From Ruditapes philippinarum (lineage: Eukaryota): DNA of 64,000 nt. This document shows positions 13,323-26,513 of the stretch, piece by piece. The stretch lies in the NCBI RefSeq assembly GCF_026571515.1, contig NW_026854825.1, forward strand, positions 62,001-126,000. The letters run 5' to 3'. A model generated the notes under the pieces. The model had not been told where the DNA came from. It saw nothing but the letters and a program-made list of their open reading frames with translations, and ran no database searches. Made by a program: the position numbers and the translations under genes. Position 1 is the first letter of the stretch, and every line of letters begins with the position of its first letter.

Positions 13323-16300
13323 TCAATCTGATGGGAAATGAAGTTGTAAATTTCCTGCAGCATTCAGACTATCAATACCTTCACGCAACAAAAACGACGT
13401 GCAATAGTTGTAATCTGTAAACCCAAATTCACCTTCAGCAAGCATGGATACTGCTGTAACATGTTGGGCACCTACATCAGACATACAGATTATTGACCCA
13501 CTATCTCCTTCGCAAGCATAACTGTTGTCTTCACAACCCGGCATTGTTTCTATAAGCAACAGCTGATGTGTTACATCCCTATTCGCTCTGCTGTAGTCTG
13601 AAGAACACACTAGTCCGTCTGTGAACTGCGAACCAGCCCCGTGTTTGTACACCCTTCGATCACTTTCAATAAGTTCTTGAGCGAAACCCATATACAGCTC
13701 TGTCCTCATATAGTTTCCGTCTTCGTCTTTTAAATTTGTTCTGCAACGCATTTTATCTTTTTCATGTATCACTTTTACCGCAGCAATATCAATTAATGTG
13801 CCACGTTCTGGGGGGATTTTTGTCTCTGGTTGGCTAACTGCAAAAACACGCCTATTTCCATCGAATACATTATGAATCGCATCATGTTCTGCATGGACAA
13901 CATGTGCACATGTAAGTACATATATTTCACCGTCTTCATTTCGGACAAGCCCACCAAGAGTGCCCCGAAATCTAAAATCATCTGTAGGACATTCGCATCC
14001 AATACTTGTACCCGTGTCTAAACAGAATGGTTGGGGCTTCTTCAGAACGATATCTACTCTGTATGGTTTGAGGAATTTGAACTTCTGGATTATTTCACAA
14101 ATCTGCTCCTTTATTTCTTTCATCTTCTGGATACTAAGGTTCTCTAAATGAATTTCGACTCTGCCATAAATTGTTCCGATTCCATACACACCGTCAACTC
14201 TGCAATAATCAAATAGTCAAATATTGATTGGATGTTGTGATTTAGTATGGTTTATTATAATGAGCAATAAAATGTTACAAATCAGTTTTGGCAAAATGTC
14301 TTGGCTTCAACGAATAAACATAAGGACTTATTTAGCACGATTGTGTTTACATTTTCCAAATAAATATTTTTACTTTAAAACAGCATTCGTGTGTGAAATA
14401 AGAACATACCCAAAAATTGCTTCCTTTAGTTCTCGGGGAATTTCCGTCTGACTGGGTATCAAATCATAACCGTGTTTCATTTTTGAGCTTTTTATGTAGC
14501 CATCGATCTCAAACAACATTTTCCTCATAGTGACTGCAAGACGTCTTGTAGAATTCAGATGATCTTCGAAAGTTTGGAACTCACCCTTGATATCATCTCG
14601 TACAACGTATGCAATGAAAGCAAAATTTTTGCCAGGAAAATAATAATGCTTGTGTCCGGCCTTTGTAGCATTCAGCATATCCTTGCACGGGGTTTCCATC
14701 TTTGATAAGTGATATCGTGCGTTTCTTGAAACACTTTCTTTCATTTTGTCGTCAAACTCGAACTGATGGGCAAGTTTGTTGCACTCATCTTGTGATAAGC
14801 AATATTTGCCAGCCAGCGGTGCCATAACAGCACATCTGATGACTTCCATAAATCTTGTAAGCGTAATTTCAATGAATGACATCTGATCATTATTAGACTC
14901 AAGCATATCGACAAACCCTAAACCGTTCTTCAAAAAACCTTGCATTGCGGTTATAAGCTGATCTGATTCAATTATGTCGAATTCACTTGCATCGAAATAT
15001 CTATCACCAATGATGTCAAGTAGATGTATCATCAATCCATTGAAGCCTTCCATTAATTCTCTCTCTATGATATCAGATATTCTTCTACTTATCTCCGAAC
15101 TATCTTTCACGTCAACTATCATGATGTTTTCATCATCTGTGCTAATGTCGGGTGTTTCTTTTTGTGCTAACAACTTGATTTTTTCACAAAAAGATCTTTT
15201 ACGTTTGCTTTCGATACCTTTTGTAGCACCATTTGTTTCGCAGACAACAAGCGGTCCAAGAACAGATGACCGGAAGCTCTTAGCTTGTGATTCCAAATAT
15301 TTGAAAGTGTCTTGTACTTTCTGCAATTGAAGAAGATCAGATACATTATAAACCACCTTCACCATGCAATACCTTTACATTGATAAATTATCAATTTATA
15401 AGCATTAAAGTTGAAAATAGAGAAGGTTTTGAAAATATAAGGAAATTTTGGATTTCAAGGTTTTTTTTCAATTACTAACATTTTAACGCGTTTCACAATG
15501 AATCATTTAAGTGTTTAAACGTTAGACATCCAACATTTTGTTACAAGAGGTTCACTTTGCTTATTCATTGGAGCATGAAATGCTTGACTATAACATATTA
15601 AAGCAGAATGCCTGCAGTTTTAAGCTTCAGTTTCTTGAACATTTTTGAAACTGTTTTTACAAATGAAATATTGTGAAGAGAACAAATAAAGTCAATTCAC
15701 ATTGGAAGCGGCACTTGCAATACATAAATTATACATCAATAAAAAGAAAGTCAAAATATGCAATATAACCTTTATTGCGTTAGTCACGCAGTAGAAATGA
15801 TATTATGGTGATATATAAGTCTACTGCATGATCAGCTCTTACATGCTTATAACATGTAACTTATAATTTGAATTTTGAATCTTTTAACGTTTCTTAAAAT
15901 ATTTTTTCTCAAGTTTGATTTTTTTTAAATTTGTTTGTTCATCTGTAGGCACGCATCTTTTAAAAACAACACCATTGATAAAGCGTCCTATTAATTAATT
16001 AATTAATTAATTAACGAGGACTTAAGTAAAATGCTCTACACAGAAACAACTATCACATTAAATATCAATCAATCACCTGCAAACTTCCATCTGTAAAGTC
16101 TTTGATCTTTTCATAACAAATAACAACCGTAAACTGATTCTTCTGCTGTAGGTCTGAGCTTAACTTTATCGGAGAAACAGTGGAACCTCGTGCACGATCA
16201 CCTTTTAATGATTGAGTGGAAATGACCAATTTTTCGGCATTTACATTCTCACGCCCTATGACAACCAGTCGAAGATCATTTTCTATCTTGCATGATCTAT

Positions 16301-17127
16301 CCGTTATGTTCTCGTTCAATTTTGGTGAATATGGCCATTTACCTGAAAACAATATCCTTCATGTCACAAAGATTTTGTTGTTATCTGTTAAGTTTTATTG
16401 CATAGTTAACAATTAACTTAAGAATGACTTTTTCAAACAGGTCTTTTTTAAAATGTCAACAATTATAAAGTGTGTTTACCAAATGCAATATGAGACAGTC
16501 ATATACATGTATTATTCTAAAAAGCATATATAACTTATTGAAAATAAAAAGCCTTTCGCAAAAATAACAATTCATTACAAAAGTTATGCAGACACTCTCT
16601 GTCTGGCAATAGGCGAAGATAGCTAAGTTTACACTTAGAGTATCAAGACAATGATACTGTAGGCAAAACCGTATCATACACTTTGACTGTAAAATGTGAG
16701 GTTTCATGTAAACTTTTTTAAAAGTTTTAACTGAAATATAAATGTGTTTGCTTCAAATTCTACCGAATTTTATCTTGTCACACAATATGCTCCAAACACA
16801 TTATAACATTAATATCCTAAACAAAAAACTAATATTTTTGAGCATCTAAAGTAAGATTTTTATTCTTAAACTGAAGTACATATTTGGTAGCAAAAGGAAC
16901 AATAAAATATGAAGACTATTTCCATTTGTACGTATAAAAGTCTGACCGTGAATAAACAGAAGCCTAAAATGAAAAGAATCAATTTTTTAGTAACAAATTT
17001 AAAAGAAACAATTCATACTTGTTACTTTCTGTAATCTTGCGTGGACGTCCTTGAATCGCTTTTGGTAGTGATGTGCCCGAGGATATGCCTTCCACGAGCT
17101 CAGCTCGTGCGAATATGCGCCTATCAT
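13323..17127 (-). CDS. Array copy 2: pseudo-P-loop/helical domain + NAL1-like serine protease, 720 aa; complement(join(13323..14199,14410..15320,16077..16342,17019..17127))
   Basis: GT-AG introns; 109+266+911+877=2163 nt, phases 1,0,2. Exon 1 reads MIGAYSHELSSWKAYPRAHHYQKRFKD (too short for the ORF track). Protease motifs GTLGG, LTCAHVV, IDIAAV, YKHGAGSQFTDG, YACEGDSGS. Confidence 0.9.
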
Positions 17128-20100
17128 CCTAAAATCCAAACATTAAAATAATTTATATCAACCTTAATTATAATTATAATAACTTACAATGTCAGATAAA
17201 GGATCCGATCAATTTATTAAAAATTTTCAAAGAGATAAGCCAGTCTCTTCACATGTAGTACCATCATAAACCTCTATCTTACGACATCGACGACTGACGA
17301 CGACGACAACCCCTATGACATCATCACCATCAACGATAACAACAGCAACAACAGAAACCATTACTCTATCAACACCCCTACCCACTTCACTGCAACGACT
17401 GCAAGTTGGAAATCTCTTTGCGATACCAAGATATTTTCATACTGTCTCAATAAGGACATTTGTATAACGAAAAGACATAGACATAGGTTAAGACACAGGA
17501 ATAAGATATTTAAATATTCATTTGTTCGTCTAAAGCTTTATTAATTGAGAAAATATCTATGATGGTAAATTGTTGAAATCGAAAGTACATTTTTTTCAAA
17601 CATTTCGTATTTTTTAAAATTAGGATTATTACCGTGTCCATTACCTCCATGCTATTCTATATAATCGACGTGCAAAAAGCAGGTATCAATGATCATCAAC
17701 AATTTAGAATATTTTAACATAATGCAAACGAAAAAAAATCGGTCCACTTTGGCCTCCGTAACTATTTACATTTAGTATGTAGTTTCGTTTCTTTAATTCA
17801 CATTTTTCTATTGTCATTAACCTATCAATTACATTTAATAATGTTTGCAAACAGATACTTAATTGTTGTGAAATGTGTATTAATTAGAAAATCTAATATG
17901 ATAATAAGCACTTACCTTTCACTCGTTAGGTGGGAAACCAGATACTATTTTTAGAATTGTCTTGCTAAAAATAGTGACGCGCCGTATTATCCGTAGTACG
18001 CAGTAGATAGACGTTTTGTCGGCAGATTTTTATTGATTCGATATTCAATAAGTGTTTGTGCTAAAGATAAAGGTTATAAAATCACGGCGGGTAGTCGATC
18101 ACAACGGGTAGTCGGTGTGTCCTGGAAAAGGAAAACTCCACTAAAATCGCACAAAAACACTAAACATCGTATTAAAATATAGCCAATAACAATATGAATG
18201 ACTTGCAATTGGTCATTTCAAAATCCTAAAGAACAGCTTTTACACTACAACGGGTTGTGACGGTAGCACGATATCATCCCTTTTCAAGATAACTTTTTTT
18301 ACCTTTTACTCATTTCAATATTGATTTATTTGAATAATCAAATAATTTTACACGTGAAAGTTAAGAATTACAACATCGGTTCTTTTATGGTAGCTGTTAT
18401 GGTGCATGTAAACTTTTTCGTAGGGTGATGCGAAAAATAGAATGTCGAATATACACATATAGAACCCATGAGAACTACCCGCCACAAATACGAAATCGCA
18501 AGGAAAAAATGCGGAATTTAACACATTGCTTTTCTTACACTGGCATCGTGGAAGACACAAGACCAGTAGAAACTATGTCCTGGATTTGGTGCTCTCGATA
18601 TTCTTCTTTTATCCCATCAAAGAAAGTCACACTTGATCATGATATTCTTTAAATAAGTATCCGGAATTCTCTCACCGTTGTTAGTTTGACATTTGAAATG
18701 TACATGATTTAAATGCAGCACAATGTTGATATTTTGTACATCGTCCGTCTGTTCGTGTATCATTCATTGTTTATCTGATTATAGGAACCTCAGGAAGATT
18801 AATTAATGGCACAGAATTGAATATGTAGAAGAACCATTTGTCTAATGTGTCAAATTATTCTATTACCAAGATATAAAGTTTGTAAACTTATGTACACGCT
18901 ATATTTATTGAAAAATAGAAAAGCACACATTTATCTCAATTCTTATTTTTTTAAAGGGACAACTTTGTTTCTTTTTGTAACATTATCAATTCCCTGAGCA
19001 CATATTTAAAACAGACGTTCTATAACAAAAGATAATACTTTATTTCTTTGTCGTGGCAATTACATGGGTGTGAGTATTGGCACAGTTGATATAAAATCAT
19101 CAACTTCTAATTATGATGTTTTTTTACAAGTATGACACCTAAACAATTTATGTTATCTCTTACACTGATACAGTTTAGTTCTCCAGAACCCGAGCATAAA
19201 ATGTTTACAAGGTTTACTAAAGTCTCGGTTTATTGCAAAAGACATGCATAATCTAAATATTAAAGGAAGAAAATGTTGCAATTTGATGCGAGACAATATA
19301 CCTTGGTGTGTTACTGGAATTCAAAATATCTTTGCCTAAATAGAATGATACACAGACTAACGGCTGCAGATATTGCTTATTGCCAACAAGGACGGTGAAA
19401 CTTTCTTATCAATAGTTCATTACTATTGATTTAAATCAAACTTTCATTGATTAGTGAACATTGTCTATCAAGTTGATAAGAAGAATTGAACTCTTACTTA
19501 TTTAACAGTTGATTAATTCGGTGTCAATTGCTTTGCAGAAATGAATTAAAAATAAGATTGTTCATGCTTCAATAAATGTTTATCTATAGAGCTGATTTCT
19601 AGAACATTATAATTTATATAAAAAGCAATTTGGTAACCATGGAAGTCATCCGGACAGCATAGCTTTAAGGATAAAGCTAGTTTTATGTGTTATTTCTTCT
19701 TTGAATTCAAACGGACAAAAAAAGAGAAAAACAGAATCTCTGAAAAAAGCCCAACACAGCAAAATGAAAATTTTGGCAGATTCAGTTTGATTGAGCCTAC
19801 TTTTGGACGGTACTGGAATGTGCGAATAACCGTCCACGCCCCCCTAGCACCGGCTTAAGCAGAATTCAACGTTTAAACTAGAAAATGGTGAAATTTAAGT
19901 CGTGAAATAATAAACAAGGCACGCATATAGTTTTAACTTTATGTGAATGAGATAAACATAACAAACATAAGGTTATGTTAAATATGATGTGTATATCTTC
20001 GTTGTCTTTGAAATATTAAACTTTTCATATAGTTAATTTACCTGCTACTTTTTGTGAACATGTTGTATATTAATCTTTTATAAAAATTCAAAAGAAATAA

Positions 20101-20199
20101 TGACCATCGTCACAAATCGTTAATTGTGATATTCATAACTATTTCACAAGATACATGTATTGTGCTTAACAGTACCATGGACATAGTTTATCATATTTG

Positions 20200-22990
20200 C
20201 ATAATCAAAGGGCTGCAAGCTCTGTGGTATTTTCTGATCTTTGCAATCTAAATCGTACTGTATATCTGTATTTGTTTTCCTGTATAAGTTTATTTTTGGC
20301 GTCCTCGGCGCGGCGCCTCTTTTGGAGTGAGAAAGGGCGACAGCAAACTTCTCTAGCCTTTTAGTCGGACATAATAAAAGCCGTTCATTCAGACCAGTAT
20401 GAGGGTGCTTGATTACCTGCGGTCTGGAGACCACAGGGTATTGGTACGCATTTAACTTTTAAGGCATGGAGGAGCACGTGACCTGTTTTAGGTACATGGA
20501 GGAGCATGTGATCTGTAAATCGTACATGATTGGTTAATTGACCTTTTCGGAAACCTGGATAAATACCGTTTGCTGGTACGTTACGGATAATCCTCTAGGG
20601 AATAAGACACCTAATTAAGAACAAAAAACTATTACGTGATATTTTCTATAATTATGTTACCGTTTAAGGTGGAAAAACTTGAATGATGTGTTTGAAAAAT
20701 TATCAATGTTTCTTTAATATGTATCTCAAAAATGTTACAAACAATAAATTGTTTATACTGAAAATCTACAAAATTAAAATATTCGTAGTGGCATCTGCCA
20801 TAAATATAATACTTGTGTGTTTACTTTATTTTTTTTTTTTTGCTCGGAATTATCATAAAATGGTAGGCCTATTTAATTATTTTCTTAAAAAAGAATGTTT
20901 TATGTTCGATCTTCTCCGGTCATCAACGGTCACCAGTTTTCCAAAGACCTTCTTCTATATTAATCGATTACTGTCAAATATATTCCTGATACAAACGTTT
21001 ATTTATCCTCGCCCCCCCCCCCTGAAAAATAGTTAATTGAAATATATTTTTATCATTAAAAACGTTGCCCCGCAGGAAACCATTTTACTTGTTATTAATT
21101 AAAAATGCAATGTCGCGATATATACAATGAATAGCGAACTGGAGAATTTCGCAATGCAAACATTTTCAAATGAAATAACCTTTTTCCGTCAATAAATTGC
21201 GCTCTTCGGGTATTTTTATTTATCATTTTGTAGTACACAGTGGGTTATTATGGTTCATGTATCCGAAAGCTGAATAGAATGATGAGTTGGTGACCTATAT
21301 ATTCCAAAAATCTATTTATAGAGGGATGTTATTCCTATCGGTAATTCCCGGTCTCTCCTGGTCTATTTTTGACCGGAATTTTACTAGTGACCGGCGAATA
21401 GTACCACACGTTTATTGTCCGGTCTCTCCCGGTTTTCGAGTAGATGTTTGATATCGTTACAGAACAGAACAAATATTTACAGTTATATAAGTTTTTTTTT
21501 CAAAATGAATGTTTGTCACTTAGTTTGGGTTTACAATAATTAATAAACACAGATCAACTCTCAAATTTATTGATTATTATTATACATAAACATACAATTC
21601 GAAAAAAAAAACCAACAACAACAATAACATGTTTTATAAAACATGATAAAACACTGATTACGTTTGTATCAGATAAAAAACAATAAATATGTACAATAAT
21701 TGAGAGAAAAAAGGTACATTTTTATGGTATTAATATGACACTATCAACTTTGAAACATTTTATTTAATTTGTTATTCGTGTTTAGTAAAGATACCGAGGA
21801 ATTATTCAAAGTTACAAATTAGATTTTATGAATTATTCAATTGATTGATAATTTAAAAAATGATAAAGAAAAATACAAATGTACATGTAAATGTTTTAAG
21901 AATAAACAATATTATATATTAAAAGTTTAACCATAATTTACTGACTTTTTCCAGTTAAGTTTTTACTTAATATAATCGTCGGTCAATATGACAATTGAAT
22001 TTTTAAAAATAGTAGTAAACGTAAAAACTCAGTATTTAAATAGCACATAAAACACACAAAAAAGAAAGAAAACAATTTTCATAAAATCTGTATTTTTTTT
22101 ATTACAATTATTGTATAATAAACAATTATGCTCAACATGATCAACATGGTAATGTAACCAGTGTCATATTGTTTAGTAAAGTGTGAACAGATACCTTTAG
22201 GGGGTCTTCGCTAATAGCGATAACATAATAAGGGACAGGTGTGGTGTTGATCATGCATTACACATATGGATTATAAATGATTGTATACATGTATATCCGT
22301 TGCTAAAAAAATCATTTATGTTCATTTTTTATGATAGCCACACTTTATCCTTGCATATCGTGCCTATTTCCAACAAAGACACTAAAAAAAGAATTAAAAA
22401 AAAGTGTTGACTCGACTGGGATTTGAACTCCAGACCTCTCACACGTGAAACGAGCGCGTTACCCCTGCACCACGGAGAAGTTATGACAACAGTGGCTGAT
22501 TAAAATCAAGTGATTCGTAACTTATAATTTCCATTGCATTTCGGGTTAGGGTAATTTCGAGGTATTTTGTTCAGGGTAAACCTGTTGTTTAAAATTGAAG
22601 TAAATAATTTAGCAAAAATCTTCTCGCCCAAACAGTCCAACATGTAGAAACTATATATTCAACAACTCGACAGTCAGATTTATTTGTGTAGTATTCGGTC
22701 ATCGATATCGCTAAAAATAGCATTTTCATTGATAAAAATCATATTCACCCGCGTAATTTGTGAGTGTGCATTTATTGACAATTTTATAAGCCAACGCTAC
22801 TTTTAAAGTTTGAATGTGTAGTAATTTGTTGGACACTTGTAACAAAAAAATGTTCTTTTTTTTAAATTGCTGGTTTTTAAGCAGTTTTGAGTGAGAACTA
22901 CATTGCGTTGTTAGGACTGTTGGGAAATATTGTGTTAGACCGTGGATGTTAGCTATGTATTTATCTGATCTTGCGATCAGAAAATACAAA
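20200..22990 (+). mobile_element. Dispersed repeat family A, copy 1, split: head 20200-20290 and body ~22300-22990 with ~2 kb unrelated sequence between; contains a tRNA-like segment at 22413-22475 (-)
   Basis: Head AATCAAAGGGCTGCAAGCTCTGTG..TTTTCTGATCTTTGCAATCTA and body ..GATTTGAAC..CGAGCGCGTTACCCCTGCACCACGGAGA..CGCCCAAACAGTCC..ACTCGACAGTCAGAT match 42336-43250 and 52330-53250. Confidence 0.7.
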
Positions 22991-23398
22991 AAAGGTTATG
23001 TACTATTTAAAAAGTGTGCATATTGACCAAGATTGAGGCTTGCTTAAGTTGTTAAATATACATACACGTTATTTACCCACTTTTTTCGGCTCCTTTAACT
23101 ATTTCGGCTTTACGGAATGGACCAATAGATAGTTACATAAAATATTCAGTAGTAAATATTTGATAATCATAGAATATTTTTCAAGGTTTTTTGACGACAA
23201 ATAAAAATGACACGGAAACGTCCAAATTTATGTTTAATAATCAAATTAGTCTATTTAATTCCTAACTACGATGATATTCTAAATGTTGTCATTTCTTATA
23301 CGTGATGATTATGAAAATGTTATTATCACACACGTTATGTAGATTTCCTGAATACAAAACTGTATTTTGTATCTAGAAGAAACAATTTTATTGTTCCA

Positions 23399-26300
23399 TC
23401 AGTTAATCCCTGTCGGCATCGAAAGTTCTACTCCATTTGAATGTTGTTTGAAAACTTGAAAAGCAGTGCTCAAAAGGAACGATAGACACAGCGATGAATC
23501 CAATCCTTCTACATTGAATCGTCCAGCACTCGTCATAGTTACAGCCTCAATGATTTTATCGTCCCCCTCGAATGTAGAAATACAGTTGATTGACCCACTG
23601 TCTCCCTCCTTCGCATAAAATTCACCGTCACAAGACTTAGTGTCAATAAGCACTATGTAGCTTTTGGAATCTTGCCCATCAAACATGCTATAGTCAGAAG
23701 AGCAAACGATACCTTCGGTAAAGCCTGTCATTGCACCATACTTGTAAACGTATTTTCCGACAAGATCACTTGGACAAGCTGTAGATAGTTTTGATGTTCT
23801 TAAAATACCATCATCATCTTTTAGTAGTTGCATACACCTCTGGCGTACATCATCACATACTGATATTGCAGCGAAGTCAATCCATGAGAGCTTTGTGCTA
23901 CCAAAACGTACAGTCATCTCCGGTGAGCTCTTTCCAAACATATGCTGTTGGAAAGAATCATCTTTAATATAGACGTCATGCTCACCTGCTGAACCCTGAA
24001 CAACATGTGCGCATGTCAATCCAAACAACTGGTTATCATCATTACTTGCAAACCCTCCCAATGTCCCTTTTCGGAAATTACCTGTGTCTGGTGAAATACT
24101 TTCAAGTGTATTCCCGGTTTCACACTGCCACATAACTAAATCTACAGGCTCTTTTAATACTTCTCTCAACCGATATGGTCGGTGAATGTTCATATTTCTG
24201 AAAACCTCTGTAATACCATTCTTTACATCGTTAAGACGTGTCTCTGTTGTTTTCTTTAAATGGATTTCAAACTCACCATATACGGTTCCAACTCCAAACA
24301 CCCCATCAAGTCTGGAAAAGGATTAAGGAACCAGCTTGTTAAGTAAATGATATTCAGCAAATGATAATATTCAATACAAAAACACACCCAAACTGTGAGA
24401 AAATCATACGCTGGACTGTTTTACTTTTCCAAATTATTTACATATCGTTTAAAAGATATTTAAAATACAAAAAATTTAGAAACCAATATTGCTTTACATA
24501 TTAATGTTACTAAGAGTGTTGAATAAGAATTCAATGCCTCGAGTCAAGGCAACATTACAAAAAGATATCTAAAAAGGAAATAAGTTCTATCTAAAGTAAA
24601 GAACTAGAAGGAGAATTAAGTATGATACTAACGTTAACAGTTTTTTTCTTAATTCTGCCGGAATGGGTGTTGTTTCAGTATGTTTTCGTGAGATATCGCC
24701 TTCTCGGACAATTGATTGTTTGATATAACCTCTTATCTCAAACAACATCTTTTTCATAATAGTTACGCCATGCTGGACAGAAACCAGTTCTTTTTCAAAA
24801 AGTGCTGTTTGTTCCTTGATATCATCCTTTAATGGGTGTGCGATGAACAGAAACTTTCTGATAGGAAAAATGTACTGTTTATGTTTAATTTCTGCTTTTG
24901 AGCAAAACTCCTCAATTTTTTTGAGATGGTACCGGGTATTTCTTGAAATACTGCTTTTCAATTTCTGTTCCAGGTTCAATTCATGGGCTAGCAAGTGGCA
25001 TGCATCTTGAGGCAAGCTATATTTGAGAGATACAATGGCAACGATAGAGCAACGTATCACCTTGACCAGAGAGTCTAAGACGATTTCAATAAAGTCATCG
25101 TCCTTGTGCATGTCCCTATCATCGATGATCCCCCAAACATTCCTTAGAAACCCCCGTACAGCACAGACGAATTGTTCATTCTCTAATGTGTCAATATATT
25201 TCAAATTTGGACCTGATCTCTCTGTCGCAACCTGGCTCAAATGGTCTTCAATTTTCATGAATTTGGTTACAAGTTTTGATTCTATTAAAAGAGATATTTT
25301 GCTGCCGAGCAATCCGACATTTGGCCCTAAGATAATTCTGTCTGAAGATACTTCAATACCGTACAGTTTTCTAATTTCAAAGATCATTTCATTGCAAAAT
25401 AGTCTCACTTCTTCATCAGATTTGGGTGCGTTTGTTTTACAAACAAGGAAAAGGTTTTCTACTAAATCAAGTTTTGCTCTATTTGAAGACGCCATGAAGT
25501 GACCGAGAGTATCAACAACATCCTGAAATAATATATTTCTGTAAACATATTGTGCTAGAGTATGTTATTTTTTGAAAACAAAATTTCAATAACACTGAAG
25601 GAGAAATCGTTCGTAAGTTTAAGTTTATATATCTTGATACCGAGTTGCTTCTTCTCTTATACCTAGTCATTGATATTTTCCACAGAAACAACTTTATTGC
25701 CATATTACTTAACCTAATACATACAGAAAGTAAACATGTTGTCTAAAAGTGTAGCAGTTAATCACTTTGCGTATTGAAAATTGCTATCCACTATTCATCT
25801 ATTTCATCTTTGGATGACACTAGATTACTTGCCCATAATAGTCCTTTGAAAAGTTCTAATATACCGACAAGATAATGTATTCAACAATTTAAAGAGAAAG
25901 TTACCTGAAGCCTCTGTGTACCATCGTCTTTTGTATAACACACTGCTACCGTCATTGCAGCATGTCCTCTTTCTGACAACTGAGAATTGATCGACTGCCG
26001 TCTAAATGGTTCATCTGTTACTATGATATCATTTTTATTTAAATCGTCCTGTCCAATGACAAGTATTTGCAGGGCTGTCTCAAGGTTTGCACACAATTCT
26101 CCGAGCTCATTCTCCAGTTTTAAACTTCTAAACAGATCTGGATATGGTGATTTATCTGGAAATAGTACATTGACAATGTTTTAGAAAAAGTGAATGCTTG
26201 AATATTTACTTTCTAGTGAGCATTTAAATAGAAAATATTTTCGCATAAAATGTAACAATCAACACTCATTAAAGAATATTCTTTGTACGTAAATAAATAA

Positions 26301-26513
26301 AAAGTACATATTAGACACATGCAGACATGATTTACAGACGCAACATCATATAACGTTACCTGTCAATAATTGAAGAAATAAAATCTTTGACATACTTGTA
26401 AGGTTTTTGAATCTTTTGCACACGTCCCTGAAACGTTTCTGGAAATACTGAACACGTGGATAACATTCCCAAGTGTTCACAACATGAGAATACTCCGAGA
26501 TCTGTTGGGCCAT
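23399..26513 (-). CDS. Array copy 3: pseudo-P-loop/helical domain + NAL1-like serine protease, 723 aa; complement(join(23399..24311,24633..25522,25905..26155,26396..26513))
   Basis: GT-AG introns; 118+251+890+913=2172 nt, phases 1,0,2. Exon 1 MAQQISEYSHVVNTWECYPRVQYFQKRFRD. Protease motifs GTLGG, LTCAHVV, IDFAAI, YKYGAMTGFTEG, YAKEGDSGS. Confidence 0.9.
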
